Positions 9,497 to 19,234 of a stretch of DNA of 64,000 bases are shown piece by piece. Under the pieces are notes generated by a model. The model was not told where the DNA came from. It made no database searches and worked only from the letters and a program-made list of their open reading frames with translations. The DNA is from Leptonemataceae bacterium. Its GTDB lineage: Bacteria; Spirochaetota; Leptospiria; Leptospirales; Leptonemataceae. The translations under genes were made by a program, and so were the position numbers. The first letter of the stretch is position 1. Every line of letters starts with the position of its first letter. The DNA lies in the NCBI GenBank assembly GCA_965227295.1, contig OZ245742.1, positions 4,352,001 to 4,416,000 on the forward strand, read 5' to 3'.

Positions 9497-10126
9497 ATGA
9501 AATTCACCGACGTCTTCAAAGAAAACTTTCTGAACGTCTCGAACAGCCTGTCGGTGCTGCGGATCATCCTGCTGCCGTTCTTCTTTTATTATAGCAAGCT
9601 TTACGCCGCCGATCCCGGCAATGACCGCCTCATGGCCATCGTCGTCGTTCTGATCGTCTTCGCGGTACTCAGCGACTTCCTGGACGGCTACCTGGCCCGC
9701 CGCTGGCACCAGGAAACGAAGATGGGCCGCTATCTGGATCCTATCGCCGACAAAACCACCAGCCTGGTGGCACTGATCATCCTTTTGCTGTACTTCGAAT
9801 TCCCGCTGTGGGTCTTCCTGCTCTTTCTCTTCCGGGAGGTCGGCGGAGTCTGGATGGGAACGTTTCTGTATTTTAAGCGCGATATGCAGGGCAAACCGAA
9901 CATCTGGGGCAAGCTGGGGGTCACGCTGACCGCGCTCTGCGTACTGTGGTACGCCCTGTCCCCGCGGCTCCAACTGCTGTTCCCCGAAGACCACGTAGTG
10001 AACATGCCCTGGCTCGCCGCTTACGCCTACGCCGTCGTCATGGTGATCGGCATCGCCGCCTACTGGTGGACCTACTGGGACGTGATCTTTTACGGCAAGG
10101 CCGATGAAGAAAAAGAGGAAAGCTGA
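9497..10126 (+). CDS. pgsA: CDP-alcohol phosphatidyltransferase (phosphatidylglycerophosphate synthase-like)
   Basis: 'SDFLDGYLARRW..ETKMGRYLDPIADK' signature; 'GKLGV' motif; adjacent to recA. Confidence 0.85.
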   Translation: MKFTDVFKENFLNVSNSLSVLRIILLPFFFYYSKLYAADPGNDRLMAIVVVLIVFAVLSDFLDGYLARRWHQETKMGRYLDPIADKTTSLVALIILLLYFEFPLWVFLLFLFREVGGVWMGTFLYFKRDMQGKPNIWGKLGVTLTALCVLWYALSPRLQLLFPEDHVVNMPWLAAYAYAVVMVIGIAAYWWTYWDVIFYGKADEEKEES

Positions 10127-10311
10127 TCCAACATAATTACTTGACAGATGTGGAGCATTGTTTATTGTGCGGTAGAATATTTCAGGGAGCGCTCACGCGC
10201 ATTTTTTTTGAATCATCACGAAAATTATGTCCCCTGCTCCCCGAGACGGCCGGAAAATGTCACACCCCTGTGGTAGGCTGACGGCATCTTAAACACAGCG
10301 AGGAATCATTT

Positions 10312-11547
10312 ATGGCACGCGCTAAAAAAACCGAATCCAAACTCGACGCCATGAAGGCGGCCCGGGAAAAGGCCGGCTCCGGCGACATCAAAGAACGCCT
10401 GCAGGCCGTCACCGGCGCCATGCAGCAAATCGAACGCCAGTTCGGCAAAGGTTCGATCATGAAACTCGGGGACCAGACCATCCCGCAGGAAATCGGTCAC
10501 ATCCCCACGGGGGCACTCACCGTGGACTTCGCCCTCGGCATCGGCGGTTTTCCGCGCGGCCGGGTCGTGGAAATCTTCGGACCGGAGTCCTCCGGCAAAA
10601 CGACGCTCTGTCTCTCGGCCGTGGCCCATGCCCAGGCCAACGGCGGCATCGCGGCCTTCGTGGACGCGGAGCACGCCCTCGATCCCTATTTCGCCCGGCG
10701 CCTCGGCGTAAACATCGACGACCTCCTGGTCGCCCAACCGGACAACGGCGAAGAAGCCCTGGAAATCACCGAGTCCTTGGTTCGTTCGAACGCGGTGGAC
10801 ATCATCGTCGTGGACTCGGTGGCCGCGCTGGTTCCGAAAACGGAACTGGAAGGCAACATGGGCGACGCCCAAATGGGTCTGCACGCCCGGCTCATGTCCC
10901 AGGCGTTGCGCAAACTCACCGGCACCATCTCGAAGTCGCACACCACGGTCGTCTTCGTAAACCAGATCCGCCACAAAATCGGCGTCATGTTCGGTTCGCC
11001 GGAAACGACGACCGGCGGGAACGCGCTAAAATTCTACGCTTCGGTTCGCCTGGACATTCGGCGCATTGAAACGTTGAAGAAAGGCGACGAGCCCTTCGGC
11101 AACCGTGTCCGCGTGAAGGTCGTAAAGAACAAGGTGGCCCCGCCCTTTCGCCAGGCCGAGTTCGACATTCTCTTCGATCGCGGCATCAACAAGGTCGGCT
11201 GCCTCCTGGACCTCGGCGTGAACGACGGGCTCATCGAGCGCTCCGGCACGTGGTACTCGTACCAGGACAATCGCATCGGTCAGGGGCGCGAGAACGCCTG
11301 CCAGTTTCTGAGAGAGAATCCGGATGTGGCCGGGGAAATCGAAGCGGAACTGCGCAAACGTCAACTGGAAGCGCGGCAGCAGGGTCTCGAAGAGGCCTTC
11401 GGAGAAAAAGCCGATCCGGACGACGGCGACGAAGAAGCGGCTCCGAAAAAGAAATCAAAGAAAACCTCCGCGAAGAAAACGGCCCCGGCCAACATCGACC
11501 CGGATACCGGCGAAATCCTGGAGGATGTCGAAGAGAACGCAGGTTGA
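10312..11547 (+). CDS. recA: Recombinase A
   Basis: GPESSGKTT Walker A, '[10 protein letters not shown]', '[14 protein letters not shown]'; AGGA RBS. Confidence 0.99.
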   Translation: MARAKKTESKLDAMKAAREKAGSGDIKERLQAVTGAMQQIERQFGKGSIMKLGDQTIPQEIGHIPTGALTVDFALGIGGFPRGRVVEIFGPESSGKTTLCLSAVAHAQANGGIAAFVDAEHALDPYFARRLGVNIDDLLVAQPDNGEEALEITESLVRSNAVDIIVVDSVAALVPKTELEGNMGDAQMGLHARLMSQALRKLTGTISKSHTTVVFVNQIRHKIGVMFGSPETTTGGNALKFYASVRLDIRRIETLKKGDEPFGNRVRVKVVKNKVAPPFRQAEFDILFDRGINKVGCLLDLGVNDGLIERSGTWYSYQDNRIGQGRENACQFLRENPDVAGEIEAELRKRQLEARQQGLEEAFGEKADPDDGDEEAAPKKKSKKTSAKKTAPANIDPDTGEILEDVEENAG

Positions 11548-11580
11548 CATCAGGCTCCCGCCCCGGGACACCGCGCTATC

Positions 11581-12630
11581 ATGACAGCAAACGGCAACGA
11601 CATTGCGATCATCGGCGCGGGCGGATTTTCCGGGCGGGAGCTGCTGAATCTGCTCCGCGATCATCCGGCATGTCGGCCGGTTCACATTACTTCGAATCTC
11701 TACGCGGGCACGCACATCGCTGAAGTTTTTCCGGATCTCGACGGCGTTTACGATGTTACATTTTCCCGTCACGACGATCCACTACCGCCGGGCTGCACGG
11801 TGTTCCTCGCGGTGCCCAACGACACCGCGCTCGAAACCGTACCGAAACTCCTGGATGCGGGACACCGGGTCATTGATCTCAGCGGGGCCTTTCGTCTACA
11901 CGATCGTACAATCTGGGAAAAGTACTACAAGCTGGAGCACACCGCCTTTCATCTCATGGAAGAAGCGGTCTTCGGCATGCCCGAACTATTCCGGGAACAA
12001 ATTTCCGGCGCGCGGTTGATCGCAAACCCCGGCTGTTATTCGACGGCGGCCATTCTGCCGCTCTACCTGCTCGGCGAAGCGCGCACGCAACTGCGGAGCG
12101 TCATTATCGATGCCAAGTCCGGGGTCTCCGGCGCCGGTGGTCGATCCGAGGACGGGGGCTTTGTCTTTCACAAGGTTCACGAAAACTTTCGGGCCTACAA
12201 GATCCTGGGCCACCAGCACCAACCCGAAATCGAAGAATACGCCGCCACGCACTGGGACGGCCGGAGTACGTTGCCCGTCGTCTTCACACCGCATCTGTTG
12301 CCGCTCTATCGCGGCATCCTGGCCACCATCGTCCTGGTCTGGGAAGATTCCGCACCGGCCGATCTGGAAGATCGCATCCGCGGCGCATGTGAGCAAGAGC
12401 CCTTTCTCCGCTTTCGAAATACGCCGGAGGAAATCGAACTCAGCCGGGTCCAGCACACGAACTACCTCGACGTGGCCCTCCGCTCCGACGGCAACACCAC
12501 CGTGATGTTGACCGCGCTGGACAACCTGGTGAAGGGCGCGGCCGGCCAGGCCGTACAGAATTTGAACCTCATGCTCGGTCAACCGGAGACAGCCGGCCTG
12601 TTGCCGGGCGTAAGCGCCGTTCGTACTTGA
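11581..12630 (+). CDS. argC: N-acetyl-gamma-glutamyl-phosphate reductase
   Basis: 'ANPGCY', 'SGVSGAG', 'HQHQPEI', 'DNLVKGAAGQAVQNLN'. Confidence 0.97.
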   Translation: MTANGNDIAIIGAGGFSGRELLNLLRDHPACRPVHITSNLYAGTHIAEVFPDLDGVYDVTFSRHDDPLPPGCTVFLAVPNDTALETVPKLLDAGHRVIDLSGAFRLHDRTIWEKYYKLEHTAFHLMEEAVFGMPELFREQISGARLIANPGCYSTAAILPLYLLGEARTQLRSVIIDAKSGVSGAGGRSEDGGFVFHKVHENFRAYKILGHQHQPEIEEYAATHWDGRSTLPVVFTPHLLPLYRGILATIVLVWEDSAPADLEDRIRGACEQEPFLRFRNTPEEIELSRVQHTNYLDVALRSDGNTTVMLTALDNLVKGAAGQAVQNLNLMLGQPETAGLLPGVSAVRT

Positions 12631-12707
12631 CCGCAGGCCCGGGCGGAAAAAACTAACAGTGGACGCTGGAGTTGGGTGCCGCCTGGTGCCGCAACCTCGG
12701 GCGACTT

Positions 12708-12779
12708 CGGGATGTAGCGCAGGGGTAGCGCACTCGTCTGGGGGGCGAGTGGTCGCTGGTTCAAATCCAGTCATCCCGA
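12708..12779 (+). tRNA. tRNA-Pro (anticodon GGG), CCA not encoded
   Basis: Acceptor stem CGGGATG/CATCCCG, D-stem GCGC, anticodon arm CTCGT-CTGGGGG-GCGAG, T-loop GGTTCAAATCC. Confidence 0.95.
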
Positions 12780-12784
12780 CATAC

Positions 12785-12832
12785 AAAAAAACCCGCCGCT
12801 CTGATTCTCTCAGGCGGCGGGTTTTTGTTTTT
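12785..12832. terminator. Bidirectional intrinsic terminator between tRNA-Pro and the convergent acyl-CoA dehydrogenase
   Basis: A-tract, ACCCGCCG...CGGCGGGT stem, T-tract. Confidence 0.85.
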
Positions 12833-12854
12833 ATCGGTGAACCGATAATACCGC

Positions 12855-14636
12855 TTACGCCGTCGTGGCCAGGGCCGGGCGGGCCGCCTGCTCTTCTTCC
12901 CGGGCCGTTTCCAGGCGCACCTGATTGCCGCGAATCATGGCCAGGCTGTCCGCGATGTACTGGCCGGCCAGCTTCTTGCGATGCTCCTGAGCTTCGCCGC
13001 TTAACTTCGATGCCGTGTACTCTAAGTGCATGGAGTTCAGGAAGCGCGCCGCGGACTCCACCGCTTCGAAGGCGTATTTCTCTTTGATCTCGCTGCTTTC
13101 GATCTCACGGTATTGCCCCACTACCGTCTCGAATGCCTCGCGGAGCTTTTGCAGTTTCGCCGACGGCGCAAATTTGCCGAGCAGATCATCGATATACGAG
13201 CGCACGATCCCTGTAGGAGACATGCCGGCTGTCACACCGCCCACCGCCGCATGCATTTGTAACTGCGTGGTGCCTTCGTAGATATTTGTGATCCGTGCGT
13301 CGCGGTAGAGCCGGGCCACGTCGTAGTCCTGGGTGTATCCCGCGCCGCCGTGGATCTGCACGGCATCGTAGGCGATGCTGTTGCACATTTCGGACGTGTA
13401 GTACTTCGTGAGCGGGGTGTAGAAATCGGCCAGCTTCTCCCACTTGCGGATTTGCTCGTCTTTGCGAATCGCCCGGTCGTCCACGCCCTCGTGTTCCAGA
13501 CGATGCTTGCGCCAGGTGTAAAGATCGATGCAACGCCCGGCTTCGTAGAGCATACAACGCATGGCCGCGGTCTCGCGTTCCATGCGATCGAGCATTTTGC
13601 GCACGGCCGGAATGTTTTCGATGGTCTTGCCGAACTGTTCCCGCTCGGAAGCGTACTTCTTCGCCTCGGCGTACGCCGCCTGGGCGATGCCCATGGACTG
13701 CGCCGAGATGGATTGCCGTGCGGCGTTCATCATGCCCATGGCGTAGCGCACGAGACCGTAGCCTTCTTTGCCGATCAATTGCGCCGGACTGTTTTCGTAT
13801 ACGACCTCACACGTGGGGCTGCAATGCAGGCCGAGCTTCTTCTCGATGCCGGCGATAAACACATCCTCGCTTTTTACCAGGAAAAACGACAGGCCCTTCG
13901 CGCCACTGGTGGGGCTGCCCGTACGGGCCAGGGTCAGGATGACCGAGGGGATATCGCCGAAACCGCAGCCGTGCGTAATGAATCGTTTCGCGCCGGTAAT
14001 ACGCCAGTTCCCGTCCTCATCTTTCTCCGCCCGGGTACGAACGTTAGGAAGATCGGAGCCGTAGTTCGGTTCCGTGAGGGCCATGGCGCCGCAGAGTTCA
14101 CCGGCCGCCATTTTCGGAACGTAGGTATTGACCATGTCCTCGTCGGCGAACCGTTCGATGGTCTCCGCCAGGTTGAAACATCCCATGGCAATGGCGAACG
14201 ATGCGTCGGCACGGGAAACGAGTTCCATTTGCATGGACTGTGCCAACGCCGAAAGACCGAGACCGCCGTGGCGACGGCCCATGCTGTATGCCTGAACGCC
14301 GGCCTCGCGAACTTTTTCGTAACACTCAAGCATGCCCTGCGGAAAGGTAACCTTGCCGTCGGCGTACTTCAGCCCTTCGCGATCCATATCCGCGGCACGT
14401 TCGGCAACGAAATTACCCGCGACATCGCCGGAGGAGCCCATGATCATGCGATAGGTCTCCACGGCTTCTTCCACCGTCGCCGGTGCGAACGCCAGGGCAT
14501 CATTGCCGCTTCGCTCGAATTCTTTACGATCGGCAAAGTCGCCTTCATACTCACGAACGATCTCGTCCCAATCTATGAGTTCATTGAAGTGCAGTTGGAC
14601 GTCTGCGTTATCTTCGAAATAATTCCCCTGGACCAT
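12855..14636 (-). CDS. Acyl-CoA dehydrogenase
   Basis: '[11 protein letters not shown]', 'GAKRFIT', 'REQFGK', 'QIHGGAGY', 'IYEGT'; GGAGG RBS before ATG 14636. Confidence 0.95.
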   Translation of the reverse strand: MVQGNYFEDNADVQLHFNELIDWDEIVREYEGDFADRKEFERSGNDALAFAPATVEEAVETYRMIMGSSGDVAGNFVAERAADMDREGLKYADGKVTFPQGMLECYEKVREAGVQAYSMGRRHGGLGLSALAQSMQMELVSRADASFAIAMGCFNLAETIERFADEDMVNTYVPKMAAGELCGAMALTEPNYGSDLPNVRTRAEKDEDGNWRITGAKRFITHGCGFGDIPSVILTLARTGSPTSGAKGLSFFLVKSEDVFIAGIEKKLGLHCSPTCEVVYENSPAQLIGKEGYGLVRYAMGMMNAARQSISAQSMGIAQAAYAEAKKYASEREQFGKTIENIPAVRKMLDRMERETAAMRCMLYEAGRCIDLYTWRKHRLEHEGVDDRAIRKDEQIRKWEKLADFYTPLTKYYTSEMCNSIAYDAVQIHGGAGYTQDYDVARLYRDARITNIYEGTTQLQMHAAVGGVTAGMSPTGIVRSYIDDLLGKFAPSAKLQKLREAFETVVGQYREIESSEIKEKYAFEAVESAARFLNSMHLEYTASKLSGEAQEHRKKLAGQYIADSLAMIRGNQVRLETAREEEQAARPALATTA

Positions 14637-14661
14637 CTGGAGCCTCCGTTCGATCTTCCTT

Positions 14662-14746
14662 TTCGTTGACATTTGTGTCAACGAACGCACGACTATGATT
14701 CCCCAGGGCTCGCTATGGTCAAGTACATTGACTCCAAAATCAATGT
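14662..14746. promoter_or_regulatory. Two candidate operators with core TTGAC-N6-RTCAA upstream of the acyl-CoA dehydrogenase
   Basis: TTCGTTGACA-TTTG-TGTCAACGAA (14662-14685) and ACATTGA-CTCCAAAA-TCAATGT (14725-14746). Confidence 0.55.
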
Positions 14747-14947
14747 TCGATGAAAAAGTAGTCTAACAGCGTTCTGCGACGAAGCCCCGGCCGACCCGGT
14801 TCCAAAAATCTTACGACAATATGTTTACGTTATTCACACTTTTTATGCTCCCGCCCGCGCATTTCTATTGATCATCGAACGCTGTTTGTCGATTCGTCTA
14901 CGTACAAAGATTACCGGCCCGGGCCGGTAATCACAGGAGCTATACGC

Positions 14948-15670
14948 ATGAATTTTGTTTTGAGACGTATGACGATCTTTGCTCTCCTCGCGAGCCTGGT
15001 CGTTGGCGGTCTGAGCTGTGAGAGCCTGACCTGGCGTACCGCGGCGGCGACCGGCATTGGTTGCGCGGCCGGACTCGGCATCGGCGCGATCATTGATGAG
15101 TATAAAAAGAAAGAGGACAGCCGCCAGCGGCGCGACGATATCTTCGGCATCTTCCGCAAGAAGAAGCAACGCAACGACGGTAAGATGGTCGGTCTGGCCA
15201 CCGGTTGCCTCGCCGGTCTGGGTGTCGGCCTGTACCTCGACTTGATGTACGAGGACATGTCAGATCAGTTTAAGGATCGCGGCATTGAGCTGGAAAAAGT
15301 CAAAGCACCGAACGGCGACACCGAAGAGCTGAAGGTGAACATGGACGGCGACATTTCCTTCGATACCGGCAGTGCCGAACTGGCCGGCTCCGCCGAAAAC
15401 AACGTGGATACCCTGGCCGAAGCGCTGCAAAAGTATCCGGAAACCGCGGTCCGCGTCTGGGGTCACACCGACGGCACGGGCTCTCGCGCGGTCAACGATC
15501 GTCTGAGCCGGGCACGTGCCAGCGAGGTTGCGGACGAACTGGAAGTGGGTTCCAGCCGGGTGGCAGAAATCAAGGGCTGGGCGAACGACAAACCCCTCCC
15601 CGGCACCTCGAAGACCGGCAACGTGCGCGAAAACCGCCGCGTGGAAGTCTACATCCTGCCGAAAGAATAA
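14948..15670 (+). CDS. OmpA-family peptidoglycan-associated lipoprotein
   Basis: Signal peptide ending 'GLSC', glycine-zipper segments, 'GHTD...N..LS..RA' and 'NRRVEV'; AGGAG RBS. Confidence 0.92.
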   Translation: MNFVLRRMTIFALLASLVVGGLSCESLTWRTAAATGIGCAAGLGIGAIIDEYKKKEDSRQRRDDIFGIFRKKKQRNDGKMVGLATGCLAGLGVGLYLDLMYEDMSDQFKDRGIELEKVKAPNGDTEELKVNMDGDISFDTGSAELAGSAENNVDTLAEALQKYPETAVRVWGHTDGTGSRAVNDRLSRARASEVADELEVGSSRVAEIKGWANDKPLPGTSKTGNVRENRRVEVYILPKE

Positions 15671-15690
15671 ACAGTTACTGTGTGGAAGTT

Positions 15691-15722
15691 ACGACGGCCT
15701 CTCCCCGAGGGGTCGTCGTTTT
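15691..15722 (+). terminator. Probable intrinsic terminator after the OmpA-family gene
   Basis: ACGACGGCCTCT...AGGGGTCGTCGT stem followed by TTT. Confidence 0.6.
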
Positions 15723-15763
15723 CGACTTCGATCCTCGCAGTTGGTCCGTGGGCAAGACGCCGT

Positions 15764-16780
15764 TCAGTAGACGATCTCGCCGTCCCCCGGTCGCAGGATT
15801 CTCACCTCATCGACTTCTTCCAGTCGGCGCACCACCGCCACGATGCGCTGCTGCGCTTCTTCGATTTCCCGGCGTCGCTTCGGCCCGGATAGATTCACGT
15901 CTTCCTGCAACATCGCTCCGTGGCGTTTCGAAAGATTGCTCAGTACGTGTTCTTTGAGTTCCGGCGTGGTGTCCTTCAGGGCCAGCACCAGATCCTGGTA
16001 GTGTACCTGGCGCAAAAGATGCTTCATCGAACGATCGTCCAGATGAATGAGATCTTCGAAGACGAGCATCTTCTGGCGAATCTCGTCGGCGAGCTCGGGA
16101 TTTTCTTCTTCCAGTGCGGCCAGGATGGTGCGCTCGCTCGCGCGATCCGCGAGGTTCAGGACCTGCACGATGGCGTCCACACCGCCGGTCTCCGCGTCCC
16201 AACCGCCGCCGCCGTGACGCGCGTATACTTCCAGGCGCCGGCGCAGGACGTTCTCGATTTCCTGGATCGTTTCCGGGGCGATGCGTCCCATCTCCGCGAT
16301 ACGCCGGGCCACTTCGGCCTGCAAACCGTGCGGCAACGCGGTGAGCACGCGTGAAGCCTGAAGCGGCTGGAGATAACACAAAATCAATGCGATGGTTTGC
16401 GGGTGTTCATTCTGGATGAAGTTCAGGATTTGCCCCGGATCCACGTTCGCGAAAAAGTGAAAGGGCGCGGGATGAAGATCGGCCAGAATGTGTTCGATGA
16501 TTTCGTTCGCCCGCTCGATGCCGTGCACGCGCTCCAGAACCTGACGGGCATAGTCGATGCCGCCGCGCTCGATGTACTCCTGGGCCAGGATGAGTTCCTG
16601 AAACTCCGCCAGAACGCGATCCTGCTCGGCCGCGCCAACCTGGCGCAGGTGGGTCATCTCCCGAACAATCGCGTCCACTTCCGCCGGGCGCAGATGTCGA
16701 AACACCTCCGCCGCAGTCTCCGTGCCGAGAGCGATCAAAAAGACCGCCGCCTTCTGCAATCCACTCAGTTCGCGTTCCAT
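15764..16780 (-). CDS. fliG: Flagellar motor switch protein FliG (paralogue outside a flagellar operon)
   Basis: 'LSGLQKAAVFLIALG', 'EHPQTIALIL', 'MLVFEDL', 'IEEAQQRIV'. Confidence 0.93.
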   Translation of the reverse strand: MERELSGLQKAAVFLIALGTETAAEVFRHLRPAEVDAIVREMTHLRQVGAAEQDRVLAEFQELILAQEYIERGGIDYARQVLERVHGIERANEIIEHILADLHPAPFHFFANVDPGQILNFIQNEHPQTIALILCYLQPLQASRVLTALPHGLQAEVARRIAEMGRIAPETIQEIENVLRRRLEVYARHGGGGWDAETGGVDAIVQVLNLADRASERTILAALEEENPELADEIRQKMLVFEDLIHLDDRSMKHLLRQVHYQDLVLALKDTTPELKEHVLSNLSKRHGAMLQEDVNLSGPKRRREIEEAQQRIVAVVRRLEEVDEVRILRPGDGEIVY

Positions 16781-16870
16781 GGACTATCTTTACGACGGCC
16801 GCAAGGTTTGTGCAAGAAAACCTTTGCGCGAACGAACCACGGAAACGAGAAGCTACGTAATACGAAAGGA

Positions 16871-18163
16871 TTACGGCGCGCGCTGCTGGAGCTCTTCGTA
16901 CTTCCTGCGAAAGTGGTCGTTCGGCGCGTGTCCGAGGGCCTGCACGCTCAAGTCTTTGCGGATGCCGTTTACGAAGTACATGTCCACCTCGCCCATGTTT
17001 TTGGCTTCCACTTTGCCGCGATACTCGCAGTCGAAGAACTCGTAGACCTGCTCGTACGTCGTGTGCGAAATGTTTACGCGGCCGATCTCACCGCTCGACT
17101 CCATGCGGCTCGCCGTGTTGACCGTGTCGCCCCAGACGTCGTACGCGAACTTTTTCGTTCCCAATACGCCGGCCACGAGCGGTCCAGTGCTGATGCCGAC
17201 GCGACACTCCCAAAACTCCTGGCCGCGCAATTCCTTGAAGTGTTTGATCTGCTTCATGAACTCCTGGATCTCCAGGCCGGCAAGGACCGAGTCCACCGCG
17301 TGAGTGTTGTTTACAACGGGAATGCCGCCGGCGCACATGAAGGAATCACCGATGGTCTTGAGTTTTTCCAGGCCGAAGCGTTCCACCACACTGTCGAAAA
17401 ACGAGAACGTGGAGTCGAGTTGTTTGATGAGTTCCTGCGGCGTCATCTTCTCGGCGATGCGCGTAAATCCGCGAAAGTCCGTGAACAGTACACTCACACT
17501 TTCGTAAGAGCGCGGTTCGACCTGGCCTTCTTTTTTGAGTTGGTCGGCCACTTCGCGCGGTAGAATGTTCAAGAGCAAACGCTCGCTCTCTTTCAACGCC
17601 TGTTCGATCTGCTGATTCAGGCGCTTCTCTTCCATTTGGGCGTTGACGAGCTCGCGGTTCTGCTTGACTGCGTTTTCGTACGTCGAAAGCAACATGCCCA
17701 GGATTTGTCGGCGGCTGGCGGTAATGACGTGGTCTTCGCCGGCGTAACGCATTTCGATGGGCGAAGATTTCTCGAGGCTCGGCGGGTTTTCCAGGGTCGC
17801 CTGCACGCGGTACATTAGGAATCGTTCGTCGTAAGGTTTCGTAACGTAGCCGTCGGCCCCGGCTTCCATCCCGCGGATGATGTCCTCCGGCTGCGAAAGC
17901 GAAGTGCACAGGATCACGGGGATGGCGCGCAGCCCGTCCTCGTTCTTGATCTTCCGGCACAGCTCAAAGCCCGTGAGTTCCGGCATTTCCACGTCGCTGA
18001 TCAGCAGCGCCGGCCGGACCTGGCTCACCTTTTCGAAGCCTTCCCGGCCGTTCTTCGCCCAGGTGACTTTATAGCCGTTGTTCTCCAGGGCGCGGCGCAG
18101 CACGACCGCCTGTACCGGCGAGTCTTCGGCAATTACGATGTGTGTCGCTCCGTTGTCGCTCAT
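16871..18163 (-). CDS. Response-regulator receiver fused to class III adenylate cyclase
   Basis: REC ('AEDS','DVEMP','KPY'); cyclase 'FTDFRGFT', 'KTIGD', 'YDVWGDTVNTASRMES' with Lys/Asp ATP-specifying residues. Confidence 0.92.
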   Translation of the reverse strand: MSDNGATHIVIAEDSPVQAVVLRRALENNGYKVTWAKNGREGFEKVSQVRPALLISDVEMPELTGFELCRKIKNEDGLRAIPVILCTSLSQPEDIIRGMEAGADGYVTKPYDERFLMYRVQATLENPPSLEKSSPIEMRYAGEDHVITASRRQILGMLLSTYENAVKQNRELVNAQMEEKRLNQQIEQALKESERLLLNILPREVADQLKKEGQVEPRSYESVSVLFTDFRGFTRIAEKMTPQELIKQLDSTFSFFDSVVERFGLEKLKTIGDSFMCAGGIPVVNNTHAVDSVLAGLEIQEFMKQIKHFKELRGQEFWECRVGISTGPLVAGVLGTKKFAYDVWGDTVNTASRMESSGEIGRVNISHTTYEQVYEFFDCEYRGKVEAKNMGEVDMYFVNGIRKDLSVQALGHAPNDHFRRKYEELQQRAP

Positions 18164-18189
18164 CCCTGTCGGTACCGTATTCGACTAAC

Positions 18190-19233
18190 TTACATCCGAA
18201 AAATCTTAAGCATAGCCGGAGCGATATCCCCCAGGGCCAGGATGTGCTGCGCCGCCCCCAGGCGGGCGGCCTCCCCGGGCATGCCGTAGACCACCGAGGT
18301 CGCCTCGTCCTGGGCGATGGTCAATCCGCCGGCTTCGCGCAATGCCTTGAGACCCCGGGCGCCGTCGTCTCCCATGCCGGTCATGATTACGCCGGCTGCT
18401 CGTTTGCCGTGGCTTTTTGCCACGGACTCGAACATGACGGTGGCGGACGGCCGAAAGCCGTGAAAGGGCTCCGAGCGCACGGAGCGCAAGCGACCGCCCT
18501 GTTCTATTTCCAGATGCGTATCTTCTTCGGGAAAGTAGACGTTCCCGGGCTGCACGGTTTCGCCGTGTTTCGCCACACGAACACGAATACCGCAGCGATC
18601 ATTCAGCCAGCGAACCAGGCCGTCCAGAAACCCCAGGCTGATGTGTTGCACGCAAATGATCGGCGCGGGAAAGTTAGCCGGCAGAGCCGAGAGAACCGCG
18701 GCGTAGGCCTGGGGACCGCCGGTGGACGCGGCCATCGCCAGCAGTTCCACCTCCGGGGCCGGAGCCACGACGGAAGTTTTCGCCGACTCGAACTGCGTCC
18801 GCTCGCCGTGCTTATGAAAGACAACGACACCGGAGACGACGCGGATCTTGTTCACCAGGGCCTTTGTCCACGCCTCTTCTTCGCTTTTCAGTCCGCCCTT
18901 CGGTTTCGGAAAAACATCCACCGCGCCGGCACGCAACAGTTCGAAGACGGTGTGTTCGTCTTCTTTTTGTACGGCCACACTGATGACCAGAATCGGTTTC
19001 GGATTCGTACGCATGATGCGCCGGGTGAGTTCCAGACCGTCGACCCGGGGCATGTTGAGATCGGTGCAGACGACATCCACTTCCCGCGCGCCCAGTTCCT
19101 GCAGAGCCTCTTCGCCGTTCGCGGCGGTGGCCACGACCTGCAGATCCGGCGCGGTTTCGATCATGCGACGCAGGATGGCGAGCACGAGGGGGGAATCGTC
19201 AACGAGAAGGACGCGGATGGAATCACGCGGCAT
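18190..19233 (-). CDS. cheB: Chemotaxis methylesterase (REC-CheB)
   Basis: 'ASTGGP', 'VQHI', 'RPSAT', 'MTGMGDDGA', 'VVYGMP'. Confidence 0.96.
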   Translation of the reverse strand: MPRDSIRVLLVDDSPLVLAILRRMIETAPDLQVVATAANGEEALQELGAREVDVVCTDLNMPRVDGLELTRRIMRTNPKPILVISVAVQKEDEHTVFELLRAGAVDVFPKPKGGLKSEEEAWTKALVNKIRVVSGVVVFHKHGERTQFESAKTSVVAPAPEVELLAMAASTGGPQAYAAVLSALPANFPAPIICVQHISLGFLDGLVRWLNDRCGIRVRVAKHGETVQPGNVYFPEEDTHLEIEQGGRLRSVRSEPFHGFRPSATVMFESVAKSHGKRAAGVIMTGMGDDGARGLKALREAGGLTIAQDEATSVVYGMPGEAARLGAAQHILALGDIAPAMLKIFRM

Positions 19234-19234
19234 A

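Noticed and set aside
10127..10311. SOS (LexA) box shared by the recA and uvrA promoters
   Set aside because: No convincing common dyad found by eye upstream of recA and uvrA
12708..12855. tRNA-Pro as an integration site for an island
   Set aside because: No integrase nearby, no duplicated tRNA 3' end noticed, and flanking genes are housekeeping
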